From the IMG/VR virus record IMGVR_UViG_3300046001_008198, positions 1-64,000 of that record: a stretch of 64,000 bases of DNA; one strand, given 5' to 3'. The stretch comes from a virus. Shown in pieces: positions 10,185 to 22,400 of this stretch. A model generated the notes under the pieces. That model was not told where the DNA came from, did no database searches, and saw nothing but the letters and a program-made list of their open reading frames with translations. A program made the position numbers and the translations under genes. Numbering within the stretch: the stretch's first letter is position 1; each line of letters starts with the position of its first letter.

Positions 10185-13100
10185 ATGCCTGAAAATTTAA
10201 AACCGAGTGCACTCGATCGATTAAACAATGCTGATTTTGCAGGATTATCTCAAAAGAATGAAGGAGTATATCTTGGAGGAACTAATACATCTTTTGATGC
10301 TAAAGAAGTTGGTAGATATACCAGTTATGGCTCTGCTGTATATGGTAAATTAGGATATGATCCAACAAAGGATAACAATAAAATTTATAATGCTAATACC
10401 ACAGGAGGGCAAGATATTGCTCGTGCTTTTACAGGTATGTGGAAATTAGCAGGTGTTGGATTCAAAGATACTTTTGCTTTTGGTGCAACGGCTAGTGACA
10501 ACGCTCATAAAGATTTCGAAGAAGTAATGAATAGATATTCATCAACTCGTGGTGGATCTTCTGGATTTATTTCCAATACAATGCTTTCATCTGGATACAC
10601 AATTGGTATCATGGGAGCTATTGCTGCAGAAGAAGCAGGTCTTGCTTTAGGTACAGCATTAACTGGTGGATTAGCAGGTGGTGTACAGGTTGCTGAAACA
10701 GCATCTTTGTTAGGAAGAGCAGGAAAGCTTTTAGATAAAGTAGGAGATAGTGTCAATGTATTTAAAAAGTTGAGTAATGTAAAAAATGCTCGTACTTTAA
10801 ATTGGATTGGTAAACAAGGAAACTCAGTCACTAAAGGTTTATTACCAATGGGTGAAAGTTTTGATTTCCTTAGAAACTACGATAAGCTTTCTGATTTAAA
10901 TAGTTTGGGTAAGACTTTAACTGGTGCTGGAGCAATTGCCAGAGATGCTAGAAAAATCTACATGACAACTTCTGAATCTAAGTTGGAAGCAAACATGGCT
11001 AAAGATGAAGTTCGAAATGAATTATTGGATAAGTGGAATAAACAGAATCCTGGAAAGGTTATTACAGATGGCGAATTAAGTAGAATTGATAAAACATCTA
11101 CTGATGTATTTAATGATGTATACAAAAGCAATTTGGGATTAATCTATGTTACCAATGCTATTACCTTCAACACCATGTTTAAAAGCATGCGTCATGTGAA
11201 TAAAGCTTTTAAAATAGCTGATAGTTTAGGGATGACAATTAAGAAAAATGCTGGCAAAATTGCTGTTGATGCGGTTGATGATTCTGTAATATCTCTTGCT
11301 AAAAAGAAATTATCCCAAGTTACTGTTAAATCTGCTTTGAAGTGGACTGCTACATCATCAATGGAAGGTGTACAGGAAGTAGGGCAAGATGCTATTTCTG
11401 AAGCAGCGAAAGGATATAATTTAGGAATGCATGAAGATGCTCAATTCAAAGGATCCTATTATGAAGGGTTGGCAAAAGCAATGACTCATATTAATCCTGA
11501 AACCTTTTTCTCAGGTATGTTAATGGGAACCTTTGCTGCGCCAGTTGGACATGCAATTAAAGGATTTAATCAGATGACTCAAGGTGGTGGATATAGACAA
11601 TTCAGTGATTCTGAAGGATGGGCTGCTGAAAAGAAATCAGCATTTGAAACAAAGAAAACACAGGCTAAAATTTTAACTGAGTTATTTAATAGAACTGGAA
11701 CCTTCTTAGAAGTTGATGGGAAACCACAAGCCGCTATGAGTGGTTATCAAGAAAAAATGCTTGAGGCTGCTGAGAAAGGGGACCGTAAGTTTTTTGAAGA
11801 TACTAGATCAAGTGCTTTTAGAGTAGGAGTCAAAGCATTATTCAAGAATGGAATGGATGCAGAATTAATTTCTCATCTGGAAGACATGCAAGGTTATTCA
11901 GCTGAGGAGTTGAATCAGGCGATGGATAGAACTGATATTACGGAAGATAATAAATCAGAGCATTTACAAAAAGTAAGAGCTTATTCTGAGCGAATTAAAT
12001 CGTACAAATCTGAATATGATCGTATTGAAACTGAGCATGTTAACCCTGTTAACTTAAAGGCTTTATCGAACATGGATCCAAGCTCGAAAGAGTATATGCA
12101 ATACATGCATGCGTATCATGCCAATGAAGCATATAAAGATGAGTTATTATTTTCTGGAGAAAAGATTGCTGATTTTGGTAATCGAATGAAAGTTTTATCT
12201 ACAGGTTTAACTGCTAATAATGGAATGACTACTTCAGAGGTTTCTCATTTAGTATCTGCTTCAGAACTTAATATGGAAATCTCAAGGCTTACTACAGAAG
12301 TAGCCAATAATAAAGAATACAAAACCGAAGATCCTCAATTAGTTAAAAAGCTTGAGGCAATGAAGGCTTATCATAAAGCTTTAGTTAATTACGATACTAT
12401 TTCAGATCCTGAAACAAATTTCGAAGTTCAGAAAGAAATGCGCGAAGCTTTTGATAATTATCGTAATGCAGTATTGGATAGAACATCATCTATTCCAAAC
12501 AGTATTGATAATGGTAAACATTTTGATTTGCTTTGGGATTATATGAATATAGGTGATGAGCGAAAGGTGTTACAAGATCATGTGAATACATTACTGGATC
12601 CATTACATTCTATACGATTTGTTGAGCGAATGACTGATACTTTAGCCAAGCGTGATGCAAATAAAGAAAAATTAATATTTGATTCACTGAAGGCTTTTGA
12701 AGAAAGAAGTGCTTCGAATGCAATGATGGAATCTTTATTGGGAATTGGAGTTATTTTCGATATGAATGAAATCGATGATCTTATTAAGCGTGGCATCATG
12801 CCTGATAAATTTTTCGATGTTAAGACTAATGAAGAAATCAAAGGTGAGCGATTAAAGGAAGCTTATGCTATAATCGCCAGCCGTTACAAAAAACTTACTG
12901 GTAAAAAGATTATTGCTTCTGATACAGCTTATGCGGGAAGAAGTCGTTCTGAATCTGATGAAAGAACTGCAGCTCAACTTGTAACTAAATTTGGTGGTGG
13001 TAAAAAGAATACTCCAATTAAAGTATCAACTTTTATAAATCGATTGTTAAAAAGTCCAGAGCTTACTTTAACTGAAAGAAGTATCCTATTAAAGCTTCAG

Positions 13101-16100
13101 GAAAATGCTGACACTATGGGTACTATTCAGTTGACTACTGATTCTGATACTATGATCAGTTTTGCTGAAGATGGAACTGTTGCTATTGATGTTCGATTTG
13201 GAGGTTCAGATTTCCATGGAACTATTCCTTTTGAGTATGTAGCAGTCTCAGCATTACTACAGATTCACTTAGCGGATAATATGTCTCCTGAGCTCACAAA
13301 GCAAGCAGGTGAATTGATGGCTAAAACAAAAGAAGCTTATCTTGAGCGTCACCCAAATGCTACAGCGCAAGAACTAAAAGCTCTTGGTTTCTTTGATGAT
13401 GTTAAATATTTTTTAGGTGAGAGTTTAAGTAATGTTTGGTTGCAAGATTTAATGACTGATGTTGAAGATGTTACAAGTGCTGAACAAAATACTTTATGGG
13501 ATGGATTTGAGGAAGTTGTTGCTGGAAATCTAGGTCGTACTTTTGAAGGAAGTATATTACGAAAGGCAATTAAACTAGCTCAATTGGCTGTTACTGATGA
13601 AGCAGCTTCAATCATTGCTGAAGAACCAGCTATTGCTGCAGCAGAAGAGGAACCTGTTGTTGAAAATACAGATGATTTAAAAACAAGAGGTGAACTTCAG
13701 ATAGAACTTATTCGTTTGGAGAAAGCTTTAATTGCTAAACAAAAAGAATTAAAAGGTATCAGCTGGCTTAGAAAGAAAGCTAAGAGGGTTGCAATGAATG
13801 AAGTCTTTAATCTTCGTAATCAAGTTGTAGATAAACAAGCTGAATTAAATAGTTTAAAAAAAGATGAACCAGTTGGCGAAGTTATTCCTGTAGCCCAAGA
13901 AGTTAATACTGAAACTCAAGATGAACAAGAGGAAGACGGTAGTTTAATCATTGGTAAAAATACTGAGTTCACATCTCTTCCTCAAGACTTACAAATTGCT
14001 TTAGCAAAACTTTACATTGGTCATAAATTACTTACAGATCCTGTTTATAGAAAAGGTTTAGAAGCTGTATTGATCACCATGAATCCAGGAATGAAGTCCG
14101 TGATTGAGAATAATCAGGCTACAGGTTTTGAACAGGCAATGACACTTATTTCAGATGAACAGTATTTACAAAGCCTTGATGAAAAGGATATTAAAATAAT
14201 TGAAGGTCGAATTGGAACTAGCATTGATTATATCAAATTAGTGGGTGCTCACAATCTAAATACCACAGCTGCCGAAGTTGAGCCTACACCTGCAGTAATT
14301 CCTGCAGTTGCTCCTATAATTGCACCTGTAAGCGGACCTACCGTTGGAGCAGTAACACCTGTTACCGGACCTACTATTTCAGATCCAAATGCAGAAATTA
14401 ATGCTTTAAAGGAAGAGTTAAAACAAAAATATGAAAATAAAATTGCTAGTATAGATCCTGAGGAAGTAAGAAAAAGAAGAGGTATTAGTAAATTTGGTCA
14501 TAGTTTATTACTTAGAGCAATTGATGAAATTAAAGCAAAATTTAAAGAAGAGTATGAAAGAGAACTGAAAGCTTTAGAACAGGCTCCTATTACTCCTAAA
14601 ATATATACAACAGCAGATGTAGAAGCAGTAGTTCCGGCTGAATTATTTAAAGAACTTTCAGAGGATCAGGTTTTGTATTTCATCGATAAGTTAAACAAAG
14701 ATGAATTTGAATTACAAGAAGTCGTTGATCAAGTAGCAACTGTCAAAAAGCAAAAAGCAAGACAGGCTTCTAAAAGAAGTGGTAAAAAAGTAAAAGCTCC
14801 TGTCGATAATAAATTGAGTGTTGATTACTCAAAGTACAATCCTAATATCAAATTATTAAACTCTGGAGCTACAGCCTTCATAAAAAAAGGTACTGGAAAA
14901 AAAGATGACAAATGGATTCCTGTCAGATGGCCTAAAGGTGACATTCCATACATGAAGTATATGTTTGATAAAGAGTTACGTGAAATGACTCCTGAAGAAT
15001 TTAAAGCCTTTGTTATTTCTTATGTACAGAATGTAAAAATATTAGCAAAAAGTCTTAACCTAAATGGAGTGGCGCGATTAGATATAGAAGATCCAAATCA
15101 GCAGGCCGATGCTATTAACAATTACATTAAAGAACTTGAATCTAATAATGAATTAAGTTTGAGTGTCGTCAATGCCATCAATAAACATTTGGATAACATC
15201 AAAAGTCCTTTTGTTGTCAAACCTATTTCTAAAAGTAAGAAGTTTTTAAATCCTTTTAGAGCAGTCAAGCGAGGTACTGTTGTAGCTAAGAGTGTAAAAG
15301 TTGATTCAATAGGAGCTCAATTGGCTTACTATTTTACAGATCGTAGTAATGTATCCCAAGATGATGTAGATTTTTATAAATTATACGATTGGTTAACTAC
15401 ACACAAAGTTCATCCTGATGCTTTAAATAATCAAAAAGATAAAGCTCGTAAAAAGAATTTGTGGAATGTTAATAGTGAATATAATTCTTTTGATGGTATC
15501 GCTAATGAAGTATTTGCAGATGAGTTAGATCGTCTTCAGGATAGTGTAGATTCTGGAAAGCTGGCTGACTTAGTTGATGAGACTCTTAAAAACTACGATA
15601 GTGTTAAAGAGATGAGGCAGTATCTTATAGATCGCATGGAAGATCTTGAGAAACAAAAGAATGATGAGTATGATGAAAGAGAACAGGAGGAGGAAGAAGA
15701 TCCTGAATTGAATGATATGCAAAGAGCTCTTTATGAGTTCGAAGGAAGTGATGCGTATGCAATTTTAACAGGCCAATACGAAGGAGATATAGATTCTCTT
15801 TCCATATCCGACCGTCAGTTGCACAATCAAATCTATGGTGACAGTTATATTCAAACAGGAAGAAGTAAAGCTAAGGAAGCGGATGTTATGGCCAAAGAAA
15901 TTTGGAATACTTTGGATTCTAGTAAAAGTCAATCCTTTCAGTTAGTAGAAGCTTATAAGAAAAGAATCAACAATCCTGAAACATCTCTTGTAGACTTAGT
16001 GTTGGTAGCAACTTTGTTTAATCAGACACCAAATATATCTCAAGAGCAAGAAAAAATGTTTTGGGATATATTCCAAAAAAGCATACAATCTTCGGATTTT

Positions 16101-16433
16101 ACCGGAGAATTTCTTATATTAAAGGGGAAGGTTGTTAAAGTTGTTGGAACTCAAAAGTTTGGAGTGGTGGAAGTGCAAGATTTCGAAACTCAGAAAACTA
16201 GAAATGTTTCAGTTAAAGATTTTGCATTAGGAACTGAGAAGTTTTTAGGCTCAACAGGAGTCTTTAGTATTTCGAAACTGAATACTAAGGCTGAACCAGA
16301 AACAATTGACCCTGTTAAGATATCGTATCAATATATTTTTGATAACTTTACGGAGAGTATGGATCAGTACAAAGAGTTACCGGATGCAGAACTTAAAATT
16401 AGGATTAAAGAACAATTATCTAAATGTAAATAA
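10185..16433 (+). CDS. Large ejected/cargo protein (2082 aa) with N-terminal hydrophobic Gly/Ala segments and degenerate zincin-like domain
   Basis: GYTIGIMGAIAAEEAGLALGTALTGGLAGG segment; zincin-like region at about 13200-13460 lacking HExxH; single Cys at penultimate residue. Confidence 0.8.
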   Translation: MPENLKPSALDRLNNADFAGLSQKNEGVYLGGTNTSFDAKEVGRYTSYGSAVYGKLGYDPTKDNNKIYNANTTGGQDIARAFTGMWKLAGVGFKDTFAFGATASDNAHKDFEEVMNRYSSTRGGSSGFISNTMLSSGYTIGIMGAIAAEEAGLALGTALTGGLAGGVQVAETASLLGRAGKLLDKVGDSVNVFKKLSNVKNARTLNWIGKQGNSVTKGLLPMGESFDFLRNYDKLSDLNSLGKTLTGAGAIARDARKIYMTTSESKLEANMAKDEVRNELLDKWNKQNPGKVITDGELSRIDKTSTDVFNDVYKSNLGLIYVTNAITFNTMFKSMRHVNKAFKIADSLGMTIKKNAGKIAVDAVDDSVISLAKKKLSQVTVKSALKWTATSSMEGVQEVGQDAISEAAKGYNLGMHEDAQFKGSYYEGLAKAMTHINPETFFSGMLMGTFAAPVGHAIKGFNQMTQGGGYRQFSDSEGWAAEKKSAFETKKTQAKILTELFNRTGTFLEVDGKPQAAMSGYQEKMLEAAEKGDRKFFEDTRSSAFRVGVKALFKNGMDAELISHLEDMQGYSAEELNQAMDRTDITEDNKSEHLQKVRAYSERIKSYKSEYDRIETEHVNPVNLKALSNMDPSSKEYMQYMHAYHANEAYKDELLFSGEKIADFGNRMKVLSTGLTANNGMTTSEVSHLVSASELNMEISRLTTEVANNKEYKTEDPQLVKKLEAMKAYHKALVNYDTISDPETNFEVQKEMREAFDNYRNAVLDRTSSIPNSIDNGKHFDLLWDYMNIGDERKVLQDHVNTLLDPLHSIRFVERMTDTLAKRDANKEKLIFDSLKAFEERSASNAMMESLLGIGVIFDMNEIDDLIKRGIMPDKFFDVKTNEEIKGERLKEAYAIIASRYKKLTGKKIIASDTAYAGRSRSESDERTAAQLVTKFGGGKKNTPIKVSTFINRLLKSPELTLTERSILLKLQENADTMGTIQLTTDSDTMISFAEDGTVAIDVRFGGSDFHGTIPFEYVAVSALLQIHLADNMSPELTKQAGELMAKTKEAYLERHPNATAQELKALGFFDDVKYFLGESLSNVWLQDLMTDVEDVTSAEQNTLWDGFEEVVAGNLGRTFEGSILRKAIKLAQLAVTDEAASIIAEEPAIAAAEEEPVVENTDDLKTRGELQIELIRLEKALIAKQKELKGISWLRKKAKRVAMNEVFNLRNQVVDKQAELNSLKKDEPVGEVIPVAQEVNTETQDEQEEDGSLIIGKNTEFTSLPQDLQIALAKLYIGHKLLTDPVYRKGLEAVLITMNPGMKSVIENNQATGFEQAMTLISDEQYLQSLDEKDIKIIEGRIGTSIDYIKLVGAHNLNTTAAEVEPTPAVIPAVAPIIAPVSGPTVGAVTPVTGPTISDPNAEINALKEELKQKYENKIASIDPEEVRKRRGISKFGHSLLLRAIDEIKAKFKEEYERELKALEQAPITPKIYTTADVEAVVPAELFKELSEDQVLYFIDKLNKDEFELQEVVDQVATVKKQKARQASKRSGKKVKAPVDNKLSVDYSKYNPNIKLLNSGATAFIKKGTGKKDDKWIPVRWPKGDIPYMKYMFDKELREMTPEEFKAFVISYVQNVKILAKSLNLNGVARLDIEDPNQQADAINNYIKELESNNELSLSVVNAINKHLDNIKSPFVVKPISKSKKFLNPFRAVKRGTVVAKSVKVDSIGAQLAYYFTDRSNVSQDDVDFYKLYDWLTTHKVHPDALNNQKDKARKKNLWNVNSEYNSFDGIANEVFADELDRLQDSVDSGKLADLVDETLKNYDSVKEMRQYLIDRMEDLEKQKNDEYDEREQEEEEDPELNDMQRALYEFEGSDAYAILTGQYEGDIDSLSISDRQLHNQIYGDSYIQTGRSKAKEADVMAKEIWNTLDSSKSQSFQLVEAYKKRINNPETSLVDLVLVATLFNQTPNISQEQEKMFWDIFQKSIQSSDFTGEFLILKGKVVKVVGTQKFGVVEVQDFETQKTRNVSVKDFALGTEKFLGSTGVFSISKLNTKAEPETIDPVKISYQYIFDNFTESMDQYKELPDAELKIRIKEQLSKCK

Positions 16434-19400
16434 ATGAAAGTTTGTATCACTGAAACATCTTTGGAATTATTTGGAAATTTTTTCAAGAGAGCAATTCAAG
16501 CACAGCTAGAAAAAGATCAGACATACGATATGATTGTGAAAGAGCTTTATAAAGAAGCTCTTCTCGCATTTAATAAAGATGGAAATTCTGAAGACTCTGA
16601 AGTAATATTGCAACATTTATTTGTAATTCCTCAATTGATAACAGCTCAGTTTGGAAGTAAGCCTGGTTCAGTTACAGCAGAAGTAATGGCAGCCGCAGGT
16701 AAAGATGCTTCATTTGTATATGAACAGTTGCAAACTCCTACATTAGAATCTATTCAGGGAGTAGTAAATCATTTTGCTAAACTCAGTAATGAACAATCGG
16801 TTGAAGTAGATGCTGGTGTTGAACCTCAATGGTTTGATGCAATATCTACTACATTATTTAGACTTTCTTTTCAAGGCTCATTACTTAATCCTCAATCAGG
16901 AACTTATCATGATAACATCGATGATCCTGCTAAAGTTTTAGAGAACAATGTTATTCGTAAGGTTCTGAATAATCAGAATGATAAAGGGTATAAACTTCAA
17001 ATGATGACTCTTGCTCAAGCAAAAGCATTGGGTAATGTTTCAGATACAACTAACTATCGTGATGAGCAATTACCTGTAATGGTTTTAGTAAATGAGTCGG
17101 GTAAAGTTTTACGGTTTGATGAACAAGGAACTGTAACCGAAGATGGTGGAATTCCCGTGTTTCCAATTAAAACTAAAGCTGAACAGTTTAATTACAATAA
17201 GGAGTTACTGATCGAACAAAATATGAGTATCGCTGGTGTTACCAGAGAAGCAGCTGTGAAAATGGCTAATGATTTAATTAAATCTTATTTAGACAATGTG
17301 TCATACGGTTTATCTCAAATTGCTGCAGGTACTGAAGTCTTTGCTGATATTGATATGGCTGAAAGTCAAGTTGGATTTTTACAATTGAATACTCTTAATT
17401 CTACACCTCTTAGAGATGTGACAAATTTATCAGAGTTAGAATTTAAAGTATCTGTTGGAGCCAAGCAATCTAAACAACTTCTTGTATTTGCGCCAAATAG
17501 TTCAAAACCTTGGAGTTTGGATAGAGGAACATTAGATTCTTTATCTCCTGAAATCACTGAGGCTTTACTGGAATTGATGACCAATCCTTATTTGAAAAAA
17601 GATGGATCCTTAATTTCTCTTACAGAAAGATCTAATATGATTTCGATGTATATTCAACAAGGTGATTTTGGTCATGTTGTATTTGAAAAAACAGATAATA
17701 AAAATAGTGGTGCTAAGTACAATGCTTATGCCAGAGAATGGTTTAAAAGTGCAACTATTGGTGGTATCAAATATAATATTGAAACACCTGCAGAAATTGA
17801 AATATTCAAGCAAGCCTTTGTGGATTTTACAAAAGCTTACAAATTTAAACCTCATAGTCCTTTAGCTGCTATAAGTGATACCGATCACAGACTTGTTTCT
17901 GATATGGAGAGTGTAACCAAACAGGGGCAAATTGTTAAACAAGAAGCAGGACATGTCATTGGATATAAACCTGATATTAGTTTTACCTTATCTGAAAAAG
18001 CTCAACTTGATGATTTAATTCAGGTCGTTATGGGTGTTAAAGATGGAGAACTTGTGATGAGTAATGTAATGACGCGTATGAGTCATATTACAAATCATGC
18101 GATGAATAATATTGTAACCAATAAAAATGGAGAAATCCGCGGAGCTGGTTCTTATATAGCATTTGCTCCAATTAAGCAGAAGGTTGTATTTGATAAAACA
18201 AAACTTCCTCCTCGCCGTATGAGTCTTGAGCAAAGAAATCGTGCCAGTGCTGTTCAACCTTTTGAGGAGACAGAAGCGGACACATGGTTCAAGAATCATC
18301 CAATGGCTGGAGTGCTTAATTTAATTGTTACGGATCAACTTAATTCAAAAGGAAAAGGTTTTCTTGCTGATTTTTTCATGAATACAATTACTTTGTACAA
18401 AGGTTCTGATAAAACTTCTTTATACCATGAGGTTTATCATGCTTATTTTAATGGAATTCTTAGTAAAGCTGAACGCGATGAAGTATATGGTGAACTTAGA
18501 AATCAAAAAGGTTCATTCACTACAGTAGTTAATGGTAAAGCTAAGACTTTGAATTATTCAGATGCTACTGATTTAGAACTGGAAGAATTTTTGGCAGAAG
18601 AATTTAGAAGTTATGCGCGTAATGAAAGCAAGTATAACAAGCAGCCTGAAAGTAAAATTGCGAGATTCTTTAAGTATCTCTTAGAATTGTTTAATTCATT
18701 TTTTGGAAACAGAACTCATGCTGAAGTTAGAGCTTACGGTTTACCTGAATTAGTGGAAACTTCTTTCAGAAATTTATACAAAGGTAACATCGATGCTTCG
18801 AAATTTGTAACTCCTATGATGAGTGAAGCGTTGAATCAATCTGTAGAAACAGGTATGGATTTTACGCATCAGGAAGTTTCTATTGTAATGGGTTCCATGA
18901 ACTCAATGGTTTCAGATTATATTCAGACCGTTCTTAATAAATCAATTAATGCAGATCAAATTTCTGACTTAATCTGGTATAGACAAATAATGGTTACTAC
19001 GAATGTAGAATCAGAAGAATATCAAACAGCTTTAGGTTTGTATAATGAAAGTATGGGTAATTCTACAACTCATGGATACGGTGTTTTTCAATTACAGGAT
19101 CCAGAACTTTTTGGAGAAATGTTAATGAGTCATATTCTACCTGTGTTTGAATATCAGTTAGAGGTAGCAAAAGCAGAGTTAGAAGAAGATCCAACTTCTA
19201 TTCTTGCCCAAAATAATGCTGATCTATTAAAAAAAGTATGGGATAATTTTGGAGATGCTACTATAAATCCTATTAACCATCTAGGGAAAACAGATAGTAT
19301 TATTGGATTATATTTAAATAATTATGCATTTATTAAACCAGATGCTTCTTTTGGAGCAGCTTTAGATGTAGATACAAATGATTTCAATGATGCTGAGGCT

Positions 19401-22400
19401 GTTGAAGCTTTTTATAAAGACAACAACAATACATCACCTTTTGATTTAGCTGATGAGCATACAAAGATTTTATTGTCTATGATTCAAGGATATACTCATA
19501 ATGGTATGGGTACACCTATAATTAATAGATTGGGTATTCCAACACTTCGGAATCCTAAAATTATTATGGGTAAAATATTAAAACTTACAGCAAATCAAAT
19601 CACTCCTGAGGATATTCTTGATGCATTAAAAACAGCAGCATTAAAAGATAAAGAGATTGCTCAATTGGTTGCAATATTAGGACCTCTCCGTGCTACTATG
19701 GAAGAAGGTGTGGATAATTCTATATCCGTACAGATTACAGAGCATGAGCAAAAGCAGTGGAGTGGTTTCTGGGGAAGTATTAACAAACCATCAGTTCCTT
19801 TATTGCAGACAACTATTGAGCGTACAAAAATTAAAACTTTTGATGAGGAAGGGAATGAAATTGAATCTTCAGAAGGAACTTTAGAATTGAGATCAGGAAG
19901 AGTTGGAACACAGGCTAGTCAGATTATTAGAACATGGGGTGATAATTTTAATTACAATTCAACAGCTCAGGGTGCATTTTATAAAACTGCTTTAGATTTA
20001 AGAGTTTTAGATATGGAGTTGTTGTTAAGTACTTATGAATCATTAGGGTTTGCACCTTTAGATGCGACTAATTCTTTTGATATGTTCCATACAACAAAAC
20101 AAGTTGGTCGTAAGTATAGAAAATCTGTAAGAGCTGCAATGGCAATGCCGATGTATGAAGCAGATCCATTTGGTTTTCTTGAGCAATTAGGAATGATTCT
20201 TCCTCACACCGATGAAATAAGAGAAATCTTAATGGTTGGTTCAGCAGAATATGATATTCCTGGAGGGTTATTAAATAACTTAGTTGAAGTACTTCGAAAT
20301 AGACCATCTGGTTATTCAATAGAATCCTTTGATGATTTATTTAAAGCATACGATTATATAAATTCAGCAGGTGAAACTGTAACTGTATCACCGGAAGGTT
20401 ATAAAAAAGAGTTTGCAAAAATATCTGAATACTTTGATGACTCTCAAGTAAGTAGTATGGCTCGAAGAGCTGATGGTGAAACTCAATCTGAGCGTCCAAT
20501 GCATTCATCCCTTACTGTTGCTATAGCTACAATCAATTCAGCTAAAAGTTATCAGGAATTAATCAGCACTCCAGGTATGGAGTTTTGGGATATTAGTAAA
20601 AATCCTATAATTGGATCAAGTATTTTGACTCAGATGTTCCGCTTGGATAATCCTGAATTCTATGGTAAGAGAAATCAAAATATCAAACTACATCTTAATT
20701 TATTATCAGGATCCAAATTGATTAATGGTACTGCAGAGAATGGTGTTTCACCAATTGATTCTGATAATACCACTAAGTTTATTACAGATGTATATGACAC
20801 GTTCTCTGGACATCAGGAAATATTGCGGGCTGCTGATAAATCTACATCTCTTACATTCTACAATACTTTTATTAGAAAAGGTTCTACTAAAGCTGAAAAA
20901 GGTGCTATTGTTCCGATGGAAGAATCTCAGTACATGTTTGGCAAGAATTATAAATCGACTTCTTTATCTTTCTACAATCAGTTCGAAAATCATTTAGAAG
21001 CTGAGTTAATTAGAATTACACGCATTAAGAATTTGAAAAAAGAAATTAAGGATAATCCAGATAAGACTTATGCTTTCGACAAAGCTTTTATGGATCGAGG
21101 TGAAGGCTTTAATGTATTCGATGTTATTCTTCAGGATGATTCTTTACGAGATGCTTTGACAAGTTTAAATCTTAATGAGAATTTTATAATTGGAAAGATT
21201 CTTCCTAAAGAAGTTAAAGCAATGATTGATAAAGAGCTGCGTAATTATTTCATTATGAGGTCTTCTGAAATCTTACAAGATAAAGGAAAGCTACTACCAG
21301 TGATCGATAGTGTTAAAGAAAAGCACGGGGCTAAACAATCAAATGAAGAATTCAAAAAGGATTTACTTGACATGTTCACTGTAAATAACTTTATTCAAAA
21401 TCTTAATTACGCTGCTTTATTCTTAGGAGATTCAGCTTTATATAATGTTGCGGGTGAAGATTATCACAAGCGTATTGCTGGTATGATTTCTACAGGTACA
21501 CTATTTAGATTTGATAACTCTTGGTTTGATCATGTCAATACTCCTGAGTTCGGATACGATGCCTTTGCTAAAAAGCATTTATCTGAGAACATGGAAAGAA
21601 TCCAGGAGCGTAGACCTGATTATAAAAAGCCTGTTGCTAGAACATATATAGGTTATTTGAATACAGCTGTAATTCGAGAATCACAACATGACTCTGTGTA
21701 CGCGGATCATTATATGAAGATGGCAGGAATTGATGCTACTGAGTATAAAAATATGAAAGAATCCGATGGAGCTGGTTGGATAACAATGGACTCTTACAGA
21801 ACCATGGCTAAATCTTCTAATGATTGGTCACAAGGACAAGAAGATGTATTCCAAGCAATGCTTAAAGGTGAGGAAATCGATTATGATAAAGCGATTGCGA
21901 CATTCCCAGTTCGTAAATATCAGTACTACGGTCCTGTAACTACAGATAATAACCGTGCTGATGCAGGAAAATCTCCTGACTTAGGAATGATTGCCTTCCA
22001 CAAATATTCATTAATGCCTCTTATTCCTTTGGCTATTAAGGGGACAAAGCTTGAACAGTTGAATGAGAAATTGATGGAAGACGGTGTTGACTATGTAACA
22101 ATGGCAACAGGTTCGAAATTATCCACAGTTTCAAAAATCAATAGTGATAATTTAAATTCTGCTGCAGTGTATGATGATTTGTATTCTGAGGACAGAGAAA
22201 TTTTATTTGATACAGATATCACAAATAATAAAATACATGTTCGGTTCTTAAAAAGACAAGTACATATTGCTGAAGGATTCAAGGGTAAAATTAATTTGCC
22301 TTCTCAGATCCGTAAAATGATTTATCTGGGTGTATCTAACAACGGTGTTCCTATTGACAGCGTTGCTGATATAGATAATATCGCTGATAATGAGTGGACA